NCBI GenBank assembly: GCA_964604175.1
Contig: CAZRYC010000002.1
Coordinates: forward strand, 5,215 to 69,214
Length of the DNA stretch: 64,000 bases
Direction: 5' to 3'
DNA from: an uncultured Bacteroides sp.
Lineage (GTDB): Bacteria; Bacteroidota; Bacteroidia; Bacteroidales; Muribaculaceae
Part shown: positions 19,613-28,905 of the stretch, in pieces
Position numbering within the stretch: position 1 is the first letter of the stretch
How the letters are laid out: each line of letters starts with the position of its first letter
The notes under the pieces: model-generated
What the model was told of the DNA's origin: nothing
Databases searched by the model: none
The model's input: the letters and a program-made list of their open reading frames with translations, nothing else
Position numbers and translations under genes: made by a program

Positions 19613-20062
19613 ATGGACTTATTTGAAACCGTGAACGAAGGCATCAAAAATGCCATGAAAGCGCGCGACAGAGTGCGCCTTGAGGCCCTGAAGGGCATCA
19701 AGAAAGAGTTTCTCGAAGCTAAGACTGCTCCCGGAGCCAATGGCGAGCTCCCCGACGACAAAGCTATGTCCATCCTGGTGAAGATGGCAAAGCAGCGCCG
19801 CGAGACTGCCGACATATACACCCAGAACAACCGCCCCGACCTGGCCGAAGGCGAGCTCAACGAGCTCAAGGTCATCGAAGAGTTCTTGCCCAAGGCCCTC
19901 AGCCCCGAGGAGCTGGAAGCCGAGCTCAAAAAGATTATCGCCCAGGTGGGTGCCACCAGCGCCAAAGAGATGGGCAAGGTGATGGGAGTGGCCACAAAGG
20001 CTCTCCAAGGCCGCGCCGATGGCAAGGCCATCAGCGCCAAGGTTAAAGAATTACTGGCTTAA
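19613..20062 (+). CDS. yqeY: GatB/YqeY domain protein
   Basis: IKNAMKARD, KQRRETADIY, FLPKALS, EMGKVMG, GRADGK. Confidence 0.93.
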   Translation: MDLFETVNEGIKNAMKARDRVRLEALKGIKKEFLEAKTAPGANGELPDDKAMSILVKMAKQRRETADIYTQNNRPDLAEGELNELKVIEEFLPKALSPEELEAELKKIIAQVGATSAKEMGKVMGVATKALQGRADGKAISAKVKELLA

Positions 20063-20088
20063 GAAGGTTAAAGAATTACTGGCTTAAG
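20039..20088 (+). repeat. Perfect 25-bp tandem duplication of the yqeY 3' end
   Basis: aaggttaaagaattactggcttaag at 20039-20063 and 20064-20088. Confidence 0.95.
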
Positions 20089-20089
20089 T

Positions 20090-21373
20090 ATGCTTACACT
20101 ACAACAAATAAAGGATAATCCCGAGAAGATTATCGAGCGCTTGGCTGTCAAGGGATTTGACGGCAAGCAAGCTATCAACCAAGTAGTAGAGCTCGACGCT
20201 CAGCGCCGCCAGCTCCAATTGCGCAATGACAACCAAGCTGCCGAGCTCAACAAGCTCGCCTCCCAGATAGGCAAGCTAATGAAGGAGGGCAAGAAAGAAG
20301 AGGCCGAGCAGACCAAAAGCACTGTGGCCGCCCTCAAGCAGAGCCAAAAAGAAATAGCCGACGAGCTGGACAAAACAGAGGCTCGCATCCGCGAAATCCT
20401 GCTGAATGTGCCCAACGTGCCATACGAGGGAGTACCCGCCGGCACCAGCGCCGCTGACAATGTGGTGGAAAAGACTGGCGGTCCCATGCCGGAGCTGCCG
20501 GAAGACGCTCTCCCCCATTGGGATTTGGCCAAGAAATACAACCTGATCGATTTTGACTTAGGCGTAAAGATCACTGGGGCCGGCTTCCCAGTGTATATCG
20601 GCCAGGGCGCAAAGCTCCAGAGAGCCCTCATCCAGTTCTTCCTCGATGAGGCCTCCAAGGCTGGTTATCTTGAGATACAGCCCCCGTATGTAGTGAATGA
20701 GGCATCCGGCTATGGCACAGGCCAGCTCCCTGACAAGGAGGGCCAGATGTACCACTGCAACCTCGACAATCTCTATCTCATCCCCACTGCCGAAGTGCCA
20801 GTGACCAACCTATACCGGGATGTGATCATCCCCGGCGACAAGCTTCCCATCAAGAACTGCGCCTACTCAGCTTGCTTCCGCCGCGAGGCTGGCAGCTATG
20901 GCAAGGATGTGCGCGGATTGAACCGTCTGCACCAGTTCGACAAGGTGGAGATCGTGCGCATCGAGAAGCCGGAGAACAGCTACGCAGCCCTGGAAGAGAT
21001 GAAAGACCATGTACAGGGGCTGCTCGAGAAGCTGGGTCTGCCCTGGCATATCCTGCGCCTCTGCGGCGGCGACATGAGCTTCACCTCGGCCATCACCTTC
21101 GATTTCGAGGTATGGTCCGGCGCACAGAAGAGGTGGCTCGAGGTATCGTCAGTATCCAACTTCGAGACCTACCAAGCCAACCGCCTGAAGTGCCGCTATC
21201 GCGCCGAGGATAAGAAGACACGCCTGTGCCACACCCTCAACGGCAGCGCCTTGGCCCTGCCGCGCATCATGGCTGCCATGCTTGAAAACAATCAGACACC
21301 GGAGGGCATCGTGGTGCCCGAGTGCCTGCGCAAATACACTGGCTTCGATATCATATCCCAACCACAACAATGA
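20090..21373 (+). CDS. serS: Serine--tRNA ligase
   Basis: LIPTAEVP, CFRREAGSYGKDVRGLNRLHQFDKVE, EVSSVSNF, HTLNGSALA. Confidence 0.98.
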   Translation: MLTLQQIKDNPEKIIERLAVKGFDGKQAINQVVELDAQRRQLQLRNDNQAAELNKLASQIGKLMKEGKKEEAEQTKSTVAALKQSQKEIADELDKTEARIREILLNVPNVPYEGVPAGTSAADNVVEKTGGPMPELPEDALPHWDLAKKYNLIDFDLGVKITGAGFPVYIGQGAKLQRALIQFFLDEASKAGYLEIQPPYVVNEASGYGTGQLPDKEGQMYHCNLDNLYLIPTAEVPVTNLYRDVIIPGDKLPIKNCAYSACFRREAGSYGKDVRGLNRLHQFDKVEIVRIEKPENSYAALEEMKDHVQGLLEKLGLPWHILRLCGGDMSFTSAITFDFEVWSGAQKRWLEVSSVSNFETYQANRLKCRYRAEDKKTRLCHTLNGSALALPRIMAAMLENNQTPEGIVVPECLRKYTGFDIISQPQQ

Positions 21374-22389
21374 TTGACAAAATAAATGCCCTACGGGCAG
21401 AAATAGAAAGCGCCACAGCCACCACCCCAGCCGAGGTGGAGGCCTTGCGCATCAAATACCTGAGCAAGAAAGGCGAGGTGTCGCTGCTGATGAATGATTT
21501 CCGCAACGTGCCAGCCGAGCAGAAGCGCGAGATAGGCCAGGCCATCAATGCCCTCAAGGTCTTTGCCACTGAGAAAATCAATTCTCTGCGCGAGGCTGCC
21601 GAGAGCGGCCCCGCCACTGACCTGAGCATCGACCTCACCCGCACCCCGGCTCCTTGGCGCTTAGGCACTCGCCACCCCTTGAGCCTGGTGCGCGAGGAGA
21701 TGATCGACATCTTCCGCCGCTTAGGCTTCACTGTGGCCGAAGGCCCAGAAATCGAGGACGATTGGCATGTGTTCTCAGCCCTGAACTTCGCCGCTGACCA
21801 CCCGGCCCGCGATATGCAAGACACCTTCTTCATCACTCGCGAGCCCGATGTGCTGCTTCGCACCCACACCTCATCGGTACAGGTGCGCGCCATGGAGAAG
21901 CATCAGCCGCCTTTCCGCATCATAATGCCGGGGCGCGTATATCGCAACGAAGCAATCTCTGCTCGCGCCCACTGCTTCTTCCACCAAGTAGAGGGCTTGT
22001 ATGTGGACAAGAATGTGACCTTTGCCGACTTGCGCCAAACTCTGCTATACTTCGCCCAGGAGATGTTCGGGCCCGACACCAAGATCCGCCTGCGCCCCAG
22101 CTATTTCCCCTTCACCGAGCCAAGCGCCGAAATGGATATCAGCTGCGACCTCTGCGGCGGCAAGGGTTGCGGATTCTGCAAGCACACCGGCTGGGTAGAA
22201 ATCTTAGGCTGCGGCATGGTTGACCCCAATGTGCTTGAAGCCTGCGGCATCGACTCCAAAGAATACTCTGGCTTCGCCTTCGGCATGGGCATCGAGCGCA
22301 TCACCAACCTGAAATACCGAGTGAACGACCTGCGCCTCTTCTCGGAGAATGATGTGCGCTTCTTGGAAGAGTTCACGGCAGCCCGATAA
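21370..22389 (+). CDS. pheS: Phenylalanine--tRNA ligase alpha subunit
   Basis: HPARDMQDTF, LRTHTS, RPSYFPFTEPSAE, GFAFGMGIER; ATGA overlap with the serS stop. Confidence 0.98.
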   Translation: MIDKINALRAEIESATATTPAEVEALRIKYLSKKGEVSLLMNDFRNVPAEQKREIGQAINALKVFATEKINSLREAAESGPATDLSIDLTRTPAPWRLGTRHPLSLVREEMIDIFRRLGFTVAEGPEIEDDWHVFSALNFAADHPARDMQDTFFITREPDVLLRTHTSSVQVRAMEKHQPPFRIIMPGRVYRNEAISARAHCFFHQVEGLYVDKNVTFADLRQTLLYFAQEMFGPDTKIRLRPSYFPFTEPSAEMDISCDLCGGKGCGFCKHTGWVEILGCGMVDPNVLEACGIDSKEYSGFAFGMGIERITNLKYRVNDLRLFSENDVRFLEEFTAAR

Positions 22390-22392
22390 GCA

Positions 22393-23214
22393 ATGACTGT
22401 AAAGGAAAGATACGAACGAGCCATCCAGGTGTGGGAAGAGGAGATGCCCTCGCCCGAGACAGAGCTGAAGTATGAAAATACCTTTCAGCTCATCGTGGCT
22501 GTGATCCTATCGGCGCAGTGCACGGATAAGCGGGTGAATATGATCACCCCGGCCCTGTTCGAGGCTTTCCCCACGCCCGAGGCCATGGCCAAAGCCACGC
22601 CTGAGCAGATATATGAGCTCATCAAATCTTGCTCCTACCCCAACAATAAGACCACGAGCCTGCTGGGCATGGCCCGCAAGCTGGTAAGCGATTTCGGGGG
22701 CGAGGTGCCAAAAGACCTGGATGACTTGCTGAGCTTGCCTGGCGTAGGCCGCAAGACAGCCAATGTGATCTTGGCTGTGGCATTCGAGGTGCCAGCTATG
22801 GCAGTGGACACCCATGTGTTCCGCGTAAGCGACCGCATAGGCCTGACCACCAAATGCAAGACCCCTCTGGAGACTGAGAAGGCCCTGATGCGCCATCTTC
22901 CCACCGAGATTGTGCCCAAGGCCCACCATTGGCTGATACTGCACGGCCGATATGTGTGCAAGGCGCGCAAACCGCTGTGCAAAGACTGCCCCCTGACTGC
23001 AGTATGCCGCCACTATCCCGCTGTGCTTAAGGAGGAAGAAAAGCTGGCCAAAGAAAAGCTCAAAGAGAAAGAGCGGCAAGCGCGCGAAAAAGCCAAAGAA
23101 CGCGAGCGAGCGCGAAAAGAGCGCGAGCGAGCCAAAAAGAAAAAGAAGAATGAGAAGGTTACTCTGGATAAGCTGCTTACTGACCGCGCTGACCACTCTG
23201 AGCCAAAGCAGTGA
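22393..23214 (+). CDS. nth: Endonuclease III with a K/E/R-rich C-terminal extension
   Basis: LSAQCTD, HhH motif LPGVGRKTANV, AVDTHV, 4Fe-4S motif CKARKPLCKDCPLTAVC. Confidence 0.95.
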   Translation: MTVKERYERAIQVWEEEMPSPETELKYENTFQLIVAVILSAQCTDKRVNMITPALFEAFPTPEAMAKATPEQIYELIKSCSYPNNKTTSLLGMARKLVSDFGGEVPKDLDDLLSLPGVGRKTANVILAVAFEVPAMAVDTHVFRVSDRIGLTTKCKTPLETEKALMRHLPTEIVPKAHHWLILHGRYVCKARKPLCKDCPLTAVCRHYPAVLKEEEKLAKEKLKEKERQAREKAKERERARKERERAKKKKKNEKVTLDKLLTDRADHSEPKQ

Positions 23215-24250
23215 GGCTGCCCTGAGCAGCATCACCGGCCCGCTGGAGTGGATGGAGCGAGTGCATGATTTCGGGGCATTCAGCGAGGATGACCACGCTA
23301 TCACATGCCAGTTCCGGTTTATCAACCACAGCGACTCAGCAGTAACCATTCTGCAAGCTGCAGCCTCGTGCGGATGCACAGTGCCCACCTATACCACTGA
23401 GCCCATAGCCCCGGGCGACACAGCGGCCATCGATGTGCGCTTCAACCCGGTAGGACAAGCCGGGCGCTTTGAAAAGCACGTGTATGTGCGCACCGATGCC
23501 ACCCATGAGCGCATCAAGCTTGCAATCAAGGGCGCAGTAATAGGAGCCTCCAAGACAGTGGCCAAGCGTTTTCCTGTGGACTTTGGCCCTCTGAAGCTGC
23601 GCAATGGAGTAGCCATGATTGGCAAGGTAAAGCAGGGCGAACTAAAGCAAGGATTCTTGGACTGCTATAACGCCAGCCTCGACACCATAGCCCCAGCCTT
23701 CGCCGAATGTCCCGCTTACCTGAGAGTAAAATCCACGCCAGAGAGGATAGCCCCGGGCGAGGCCGCAAGCTTCAGCCTCTTTTTTGACGCATCAAAGTGC
23801 GGGCAGTGGGGCATGGTCACTGATTCCATCTTAATAGTGCCTAACAGAGGCGAAGAGCCAAATTGGCTGACAGTGGTAGCCATCGTAGAAGAAGATTTCA
23901 GCAATCTTACCCCGGAGCAATTGCAAAAGGCTCCTAAGCTCTCGCTAAGCACTGACAGGGTGGACTTAGGCATAGTGGAAGAACACAGCATCACTCCGCT
24001 GACCTCCACCATCCGCCTGACTAACACGGGCAAGGAAGCCCTGAAAATCCGCCGCGCATACTCCAGCGACCCAGGGGTGTCGGTGAAAGTGAAAAAAAAC
24101 TCAGTAAAGTCAGGCAAATCTACGGATCTCACTGTCACCTTCGACCCTCAAGCCCAGCCTACCGGCATCATCAACGCCAAGTTTACCCTTATTACCAACG
24201 ACCCCACTCTCCCTACACGCTCCATCCGAGTAGTAGGCACCAGAAAATAG
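23150..24250 (+). CDS. DUF1573-domain (Ig-like) exported protein
   Basis: HDFG, ASCGCT, IAPG motifs; signal peptide. Confidence 0.85.
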   Translation: MRRLLWISCLLTALTTLSQSSEAALSSITGPLEWMERVHDFGAFSEDDHAITCQFRFINHSDSAVTILQAAASCGCTVPTYTTEPIAPGDTAAIDVRFNPVGQAGRFEKHVYVRTDATHERIKLAIKGAVIGASKTVAKRFPVDFGPLKLRNGVAMIGKVKQGELKQGFLDCYNASLDTIAPAFAECPAYLRVKSTPERIAPGEAASFSLFFDASKCGQWGMVTDSILIVPNRGEEPNWLTVVAIVEEDFSNLTPEQLQKAPKLSLSTDRVDLGIVEEHSITPLTSTIRLTNTGKEALKIRRAYSSDPGVSVKVKKNSVKSGKSTDLTVTFDPQAQPTGIINAKFTLITNDPTLPTRSIRVVGTRK

Positions 24251-24252
24251 CC

Positions 24253-25164
24253 ATGGCTTTTAATCTGACCATATTGGGCTGCGGCAGCGCCACACCGAGC
24301 CTCAAGCACTTGCCAGCCTGCCAGGTGCTTGAGCATAACGGCACCTACTACATGATAGACTGTGGGGAGGGAGCCCAGCTCTCGGTGCGCAAAGCCGGGA
24401 TAAAGATGGGGCGGCTGCGCCATATATTTATATCCCACCTCCATGGCGACCATATCTTAGGACTCACCGGCTTGCTTGCCTCCCTGGCTTTGCATGAATT
24501 TGGCGGCACGATGCATGTGTATATGCTTCCGGAGGGAATCGATGTGATACGCCAGTCGCTCAAAGTTTTTGCCCATGAGCCGGACTATGAATTAGTGTTC
24601 CACCCCATAGAGGTAGGCAAGAAAGTAATTTTTGAGGATGATGATGTAGAGGTAAGCACATTCCCCCTGTACCACCGGGTGCCAGCCGTGGGTTTCCTCT
24701 TCCGCGAGAAGCCAAAATTGCGTCATCTGCGTGGAGATATGGTCGAGCATTACAATGTGCCAATCCGCTTGCGACCCGACATAAAGGCCGGGGCCGATTA
24801 CACCACTCCCGATGGGCAGGTAATACCCAATGCCTGGCTCACAACTGATCCGGAGCCATCGGTAAGCTATGCCTATGCCTCGGACACCATGTACGACAAG
24901 CGAGTGGTAGAGGCTGTGCGCGGAGTGGATATGCTCTACCACGAGGCCACCTACGCCGACGACAAGGCTGACAAGGCCCATGCCCATGCCCACAGCACTG
25001 CTCGCCAAGCCGGACAAGTGGCAGCCCAGGCTGGGGTGAAAAATCTGATAATAGGACACTTCTCCAAGGCTTACAACAGCGACGAATCCCCACTGCTGGC
25101 TCAGGCACGCGAAGAATATCCAGGCGCCATTCTGGCCTATGAGGGCTTGAAAATTAAAATTTAA
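24253..25164 (+). CDS. rnz: Ribonuclease Z
   Basis: LGCGSATP, IDCGEG, SHLHGDH, HEATY, HST, GHFS. Confidence 0.95.
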   Translation: MAFNLTILGCGSATPSLKHLPACQVLEHNGTYYMIDCGEGAQLSVRKAGIKMGRLRHIFISHLHGDHILGLTGLLASLALHEFGGTMHVYMLPEGIDVIRQSLKVFAHEPDYELVFHPIEVGKKVIFEDDDVEVSTFPLYHRVPAVGFLFREKPKLRHLRGDMVEHYNVPIRLRPDIKAGADYTTPDGQVIPNAWLTTDPEPSVSYAYASDTMYDKRVVEAVRGVDMLYHEATYADDKADKAHAHAHSTARQAGQVAAQAGVKNLIIGHFSKAYNSDESPLLAQAREEYPGAILAYEGLKIKI

Positions 25165-25179
25165 CGAACGAGCCATCAA

Positions 25180-25617
25180 GTGAGCCAAGACGAACGATAT
25201 ATGTCGCTTGCGCTACAAGAAGCGCAATTGGCCGCCTCGGAGGGAGAAATCCCTATCGGGGCGATAGTGGAGTGCGATGGCATAATCTTGGGCAAAGGGC
25301 ACAATCTTACCGAGCGGCTTAACGATGTCACCGCACATGCCGAAATGCAAGCGATCACTGCGGCAGCAACCAAGCTCGGAGGAAAATATCTTACCGATTG
25401 CACACTGTATGTGACTGTGGAGCCTTGCCTGATGTGCGCCGGGGCTATAGCTTGGGCCCAGATAGGACGCATAGTGATCGGCTGTGCCGATCCCAAGCGC
25501 GGATATACCGCATTCACATCGCGCAGCCCCTTCCATCCCCGAGCCATAGTGACTGCCGGTGTGCTCGAAGACGAGTGCCGCGCTCTGATGCAATCCTTTT
25601 TCAAAAATCTTAGATGA
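25180..25617 (+). CDS. tadA: tRNA adenosine deaminase
   Basis: EIPIGA, TAHAE, TVEPCLMCAGA. Confidence 0.92.
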   Translation: MSQDERYMSLALQEAQLAASEGEIPIGAIVECDGIILGKGHNLTERLNDVTAHAEMQAITAAATKLGGKYLTDCTLYVTVEPCLMCAGAIAWAQIGRIVIGCADPKRGYTAFTSRSPFHPRAIVTAGVLEDECRALMQSFFKNLR

Positions 25618-26726
25618 GATATTTTTTAATAGCCGGTGAGGCATCTGGCGACCTCCATGCCTCGGCTCTCATAAAAGAGCTCAGAAATAAAGACCCTGAA
25701 GCAGAGTTCGCTTTCTTAGGGGGCGACTTGATGTCGGCTCAGGCTGGTGTCAGTCCCGTGATTCATTATCGGGATATGGCGTATATGGGATTTTGGGAAG
25801 TGCTGCGCCACGCACGGGCCATCATGCGCAATTTCAAAGCCGCTCGCCAAGCCATCTCCGCCTTTAAGCCCGATGCCCTGATACTGATCGACTATCCCAG
25901 CTTCAATCTGAAGATGGCTAAGTATGCCAAGGGCCTGGGCATCAAATGTTATTATTACATCTCGCCTAAAGTGTGGGCCTGGAAAGAGTGGCGCGTGAAG
26001 ACCATCAAGAAACTAATGGATGGCCTCTTCGCCATCTTTCCCTTTGAGGTGGATTTTTACGCCAAGCATGGCTATAAGGTAGAGTATGTGGGCAATCCAT
26101 CAGTGGAAGAAATCGATGGCTACCTGCCCTCAGCTCCCAGCCGGGAGGATTTTATCAAGCGCCATAAGCTGCAGGACAAACCCATAGTGGCTCTGCTTCC
26201 CGGCAGCCGCATGTCGGAGATCAAATGCAATCTGCCGGTGATGTCGGAGGCGATGCGGCAGTTCCCGCAATATCGCGGAGTGGTAGCTGGAGCCCCGGGC
26301 ATCGATCCGGAGATATATAAGGATTTCACCAACCTGCCAGTGGTGTATGGGGAGACTTATGATTTGTTGGCAGTGTCGCGCGCCGCACTTGTTACCTCTG
26401 GCACCGCGACCTTGGAGACAGCCCTGATGGGTGTGCCACAAGTGGCCCTGTACCGCAACAACGGGGCCAAGTTCTTCCGCATAGCGAAAGAGAAGTTTAT
26501 AAAAGTGCCTTACATCACGCTGCCCAACCTTATAGTAAACCGTGAGCTGATACCGGAGCTCATCTTCGACCAATGCACGGTGGAGGCAGTGGCTCGACAT
26601 TTGGGAGCCATCCTCCCGGAGAGAGAAGCGCGGCAAGCCCAGCTGGACGGCTACGCCCAGATGCGAGGGCTGCTTGGCACTACCTCAGCGCCTGAGCAGG
26701 CAGCTAAAGCCATAAGCCTGAACTAA
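25614..26726 (+). CDS. lpxB: Lipid-A-disaccharide synthase
   Basis: IAGEASGDLH, IDYPSFN, SPKVWAW, LLPGSR, SGTATLE. Confidence 0.97.
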   Translation: MRYFLIAGEASGDLHASALIKELRNKDPEAEFAFLGGDLMSAQAGVSPVIHYRDMAYMGFWEVLRHARAIMRNFKAARQAISAFKPDALILIDYPSFNLKMAKYAKGLGIKCYYYISPKVWAWKEWRVKTIKKLMDGLFAIFPFEVDFYAKHGYKVEYVGNPSVEEIDGYLPSAPSREDFIKRHKLQDKPIVALLPGSRMSEIKCNLPVMSEAMRQFPQYRGVVAGAPGIDPEIYKDFTNLPVVYGETYDLLAVSRAALVTSGTATLETALMGVPQVALYRNNGAKFFRIAKEKFIKVPYITLPNLIVNRELIPELIFDQCTVEAVARHLGAILPEREARQAQLDGYAQMRGLLGTTSAPEQAAKAISLN

Positions 26727-26783
26727 AGGGGAGAACAAGGTGTTGATAATAGTGAGGTTAAACTTTAAGAAAGGAGCCTTGCT

Positions 26784-28112
26784 ATGGACATGGAACACGT
26801 TTCGATAATACCGGCGCACTCTCTTGCCGACTGGCTGCTCAAGCATATCGACCACTTGCTCGATTTGCTGGGGCTCGAGCACCATCAATCGCTCGAACAG
26901 ACAATATATTTCATCATCATCGTGGCCGCCAGCTTCTTTATCGGCTGGATCATCAAGAAGATAATAGTGCTGATATCTCGCAAGGCAGTGCGTCTGCGCC
27001 ATTCGCCTACCGGAGAGGCCATGCTGAGGCTCCACACCCTATCGAAATGCGCACTGTTTATCCCGCCCTTGGTATTTGTGAGCTTGGCCCCCTTTGCCTT
27101 TGAAAGCAAGGCAGAGGCTCTCACCATTATCGTGCGCATAGCTGTGGCTTATACCGTGCTGTGCATAGCCCTGGGCATCACGGCAGTGTTCGATGTGGTG
27201 TTCACTCGATACAATGAAAAAGAGAACACGCGCAATCTCCCTATCCAAGGCATTCTCAACATAGGCAAAGGCATCGTATGGGCCATAGCCGCCATCATAG
27301 CCATTTCGGTAATAGTGCACAAGTCGCCGGCAGTGTTGCTCACTGGCTTAGGAGCCTTTGCGGCAGCTTTGATGCTGATATTTAAAGACTCTATTTTAGG
27401 CTTTGTGGCCGGAATTCAGATGTCGCAAAATGACATGCTGCATGTGGGCGACTGGATAGTGGTGCCAGGCACCCCGGCCAATGGCACGGTGATGAGCGTA
27501 AGCCTCACCACGGTGAAGGTACAAAATTTCGACAACACGATAGTGTGGGTGCCACCCTATACGCTGGTGTCCACTTCGTTCCAGAACTGGCGGGGAATGT
27601 CGGTGAGCGGCGTGCGGCGCGTGATGATGTCGGTCTTTATCAATCCAGACACTATTCGGCCGGCAGATGATGCCATGCTGGCGACTTTGGGTCAAAAATA
27701 CCCTGCGCTTCAATCCTTTATCACAGGGCTTCAGGAGAAGAAGCAGACCATAGCCTGGAATGCGGGCGTGGCCCCGCTCAACGGCACCATTGAGACCAAT
27801 CTGGGCCTTTACCGGGCCTATTTGGTAACTTATCTGCTGGCAAGCCCGATGATTGACAACACACAGGATCTGATGGTGGCCATGCAGCCAATGACCGCCG
27901 AGGGCATACCGATGCAAATTTATTGCTTCTCAGTCAATAACCAGTGGCAGGCCTACGAGGGAGTGCAGAGCGCGATCATGGAGCATTGCCTGGTAGCGGC
28001 TCCGGACTTCGGCCTGGAAATCCTCTCTGGCGATCACCTCAATGTGGACACTCACAACACCCAGCCTTTCCCACTGACACCCGAATCAGCCCCTGCCCCT
28101 AAAACAGCCTAA
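26784..28112 (+). CDS. mscS: MscS-family mechanosensitive channel (YbdG-like)
   Basis: TM segments, LIFKDSILGFVAGIQ, VGDWI, TTVKVQNFDNTI, FQNWRGM. Confidence 0.9.
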   Translation: MDMEHVSIIPAHSLADWLLKHIDHLLDLLGLEHHQSLEQTIYFIIIVAASFFIGWIIKKIIVLISRKAVRLRHSPTGEAMLRLHTLSKCALFIPPLVFVSLAPFAFESKAEALTIIVRIAVAYTVLCIALGITAVFDVVFTRYNEKENTRNLPIQGILNIGKGIVWAIAAIIAISVIVHKSPAVLLTGLGAFAAALMLIFKDSILGFVAGIQMSQNDMLHVGDWIVVPGTPANGTVMSVSLTTVKVQNFDNTIVWVPPYTLVSTSFQNWRGMSVSGVRRVMMSVFINPDTIRPADDAMLATLGQKYPALQSFITGLQEKKQTIAWNAGVAPLNGTIETNLGLYRAYLVTYLLASPMIDNTQDLMVAMQPMTAEGIPMQIYCFSVNNQWQAYEGVQSAIMEHCLVAAPDFGLEILSGDHLNVDTHNTQPFPLTPESAPAPKTA

Positions 28113-28162
28113 TTTTTTTGTTACGCCTAAAATGCGTATCTTTGTAACCTAAAAAATTCTTT

Positions 28163-28849
28163 ATGGTTACAGAAGATTTGCAAAGGGCTGCGCTGCTGTA
28201 TGGAGCAGAGAAGATGCAGAGGATAGCGCAGAGCCGGGTAATACTGTTCGGCGTGGGAGGCGTGGGCTCATGGTGCGCCGAGGCCTTGGTGCGCAGCGGC
28301 ATAGGCGCCATCACAATGGTAGATGCCGACACAGTGGATGTGACCAACATTAACCGCCAACTCCCTGCCACCTCTCTGACAATCGGGATGCCGAAGGCGC
28401 AAGTACTCGCAGAGAGGCTGAAAACTATCCGACCTGATTGCCAGATCGAAGCGATCCAAGCATTCTATACCCAAGAGAACCAAGCAGATTTCCATATCGC
28501 TGACTATGACATCGTGATCGATGCCATAGACAGCGTGGCTTCCAAGGCAGCTCTGATTTTGGAGGCTACGAGCCTACCTAATTGCACCTTCCTCTCGTCC
28601 ATGGGGGCAGCTCAGCGGCTGGACCCTACGCAGGTGCGGCATGCGGAGTTCTGGAAGGTCAGAGGCTGCCCGCTTGCGCGAGCCTTGCGTGACCGCTTCA
28701 AGAAGAGCGGCATCATGCCCGAAAGAAAGTTCCAATGCGTATATAGCGAAGAACCCCTCAGCGGACAACCCAAAGGCACATCGATGCCCGTGACCGCCAC
28801 TTTCGGCCTCACTATCGCCTCCCTGGCCTTAAATGCCATAAAATTATAG
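28163..28849 (+). CDS. tcdA: tRNA threonylcarbamoyladenosine dehydratase (ThiF/E1-like)
   Basis: GVGGVGSW, TNINRQ, IDAID, SSMGAA, CPLARALR, VYSEE. Confidence 0.88.
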   Translation: MVTEDLQRAALLYGAEKMQRIAQSRVILFGVGGVGSWCAEALVRSGIGAITMVDADTVDVTNINRQLPATSLTIGMPKAQVLAERLKTIRPDCQIEAIQAFYTQENQADFHIADYDIVIDAIDSVASKAALILEATSLPNCTFLSSMGAAQRLDPTQVRHAEFWKVRGCPLARALRDRFKKSGIMPERKFQCVYSEEPLSGQPKGTSMPVTATFGLTIASLALNAIKL

Positions 28850-28905
28850 ATTTTCCCAAACAAAATTGCTAACTTTGCCACAGAATAATCCTTTCTGCTA
28901 CATAT

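Noticed and set aside
21322-21369. Extended starts for pheS (also sufD 36556, 32804, 33246, muramidase 16871)
   Set aside because: They overlap upstream genes or repeats; downstream starts give normal N-termini and translational coupling.
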